Part shown: piece by piece, positions 53,740 to 54,863 of the stretch
How positions within the stretch are numbered: the first letter of the stretch is position 1
How the letters are laid out: every line of letters begins with the position of its first letter
NCBI GenBank assembly: GCA_030141605.1
Contig: JAQGDQ010002398.1
Coordinates: 1-54,863, forward strand
Reading direction: 5' to 3'
Length of the DNA: 54,863 nt
From: Tubiluchus corallicola
Lineage: Eukaryota > Animalia > Priapulida
Notes under the pieces: generated by a model
Told to the model about the DNA's origin: nothing
The model's database searches: none
Seen by the model: the letters and a program-made list of their open reading frames with translations, nothing else
Made by a program: the position numbers and the translations under genes

Positions 53740-54232
53740 TTACTGTTTAATAGGTATGTGTATTTCTGTTTTATACTCCTCAGGATTGACTTCTTCTGGG
53801 TCAGTTAGATAGACTTCAAAAGGGAGGTATGCTTTCATCTGGAGCGTTAGGTCCTTGAGAAAGTTCATTAAAGGCTTCAGGCCACGCTTTTTCAAGAAAC
53901 TTAAAATCACCATGTAAAAGAGTAACAAAAGAAGTACATGCTGCTTTTTCGCTTGTTATGAATTTGCCATCGTTAGTTTCTATTTTTTCTTTAATAGGAA
54001 CCCCTATCTTTCCTTCACTATATCCGGTTTTTTCATCCCAGCTTGTGTAAACAGCAAAGGGATGGCCTATGATGTTATACTTTTTGCCTATAACATAGTC
54101 ATACAGTTTTTGAAAGTTTTCGCCCATAAAATCAGAGATTTCTTCCATAGAGCCGGCAAACTCCATTCCTATATAGTTTTGCTTTTCTACTTTGACAAGA
54201 CCTTTAGGAATAATTTCGTATTTCTCTTTCAT
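53740..54232 (-). CDS. GyrI-like small-molecule-binding protein (extra T near 53818-53821)
   Basis: GHPFAVY, GVPI, LHGDF..LEKAW; removing one T gives PPFEVYLTDPEEV...TEIHIPIK. Confidence 0.82.
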
Positions 54233-54355
54233 ATTATTTTTTGTTTTTTAATGTTTTACATAAATTTAAATCAAAATACAAAAATAGATAATATTTTTTG
54301 TGTGCAAAATAACAAGGTGCCTTTTTTAGAAACACTTTAAGTAATATAAGTTTTT

Positions 54356-54863
54356 CTATTTTATCAATTGCACCCAGCCTTTGATGGTTTGTGATTTTTT
54401 TTCAGAATCTAACATATCAAAATATATGGTTGCATTATAGAAATATGGTCCGCTTTCTAATACATCTCCTCCTGTTGTTTTCCCATCCCAGTTAACTAAA
54501 ATACTCTCTTCTGGAGCATTAGAAATAGACTCATACACTAATACTCCCCATCGGTTATATACTTGAAACTCTACTTTTGTCACAAATCTTGGGCATGCGA
54601 AGAATGATTTGTTTTCGGGCTCCAATTGATCTGTGTAGGCAGTAAACGTGTCATTTATACCATCTCCATTTGGTGTAAAAGCATTGGGAAGTCTATAATA
54701 TGGGCAATTATCATTGCAAACGGCTTCTGATAGTGCTCCGTCTTTTCCTCCTTCTATTATTCCCACTTTGTAGCATCCTTTATACGAAGAAAGGTCTTGG
54801 TGTACGTAGTGCGTCTCGGGAGTAGTGGCAATAGGGTCTGTATAGTCAAAATCTTCTTCTTTG
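54356..54863 (-). CDS. C-terminus of a T9SS substrate with type-B (CHU_C, gliding-motility-associated) CTD; partial
   Basis: LPNAFTPNGDGINDTF, VYNRWGVLVY, WDGK, G.YFY, KGWVQLIK; the frame stays open to the window end. Confidence 0.9.
   Translation of the reverse strand, partial: KEEDFDYTDPIATTPETHYVHQDLSSYKGCYKVGIIEGGKDGALSEAVCNDNCPYYRLPNAFTPNGDGINDTFTAYTDQLEPENKSFFACPRFVTKVEFQVYNRWGVLVYESISNAPEESILVNWDGKTTGGDVLESGPYFYNATIYFDMLDSEKKSQTIKGWVQLIK

Overview
AT-rich chromosomal segment from a Bacteroidota bacterium, most likely Cytophagales-like (porV, susC/susD, a T9SS type-B CTD protein, TAnnTTTG promoters). It is mostly housekeeping and envelope genes: moxR, wza/wzz-like, aroK, lptF/G-like, ddl, rel, rpe, porV, guaB, RsbU-like phosphatase, tamB, tsaD, an Omp85-like barrel, nlpC/P60, smpB, tyrS, tRNA-fMet and a cyclophilin. 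There are three accessory blocks. (i) Three tandem surface lipoproteins with coiled-coil stalks and receptor-L-domain/LRR-like repeats, followed by a FadL-like barrel (1-3813). (ii) A YfcE phosphoesterase, an ATP-cone class II ribonucleotide reductase and a PPi-type PFK (12.5-17.3 kb). (iii) A mosaic glycan block with a Stealth phosphotransferase (20.9-26.3 kb). About nine single-base frameshifts, mostly in homopolymers and some in essential genes, point to an unpolished long-read assembly rather than pseudogenes. Two genes (rpe and the RsbU-like gene) are instead interrupted by a single perfectly in-frame TGA. No CRISPR array, rRNA, transposase or integrase was seen. All family calls come from motif recognition, not database searches.
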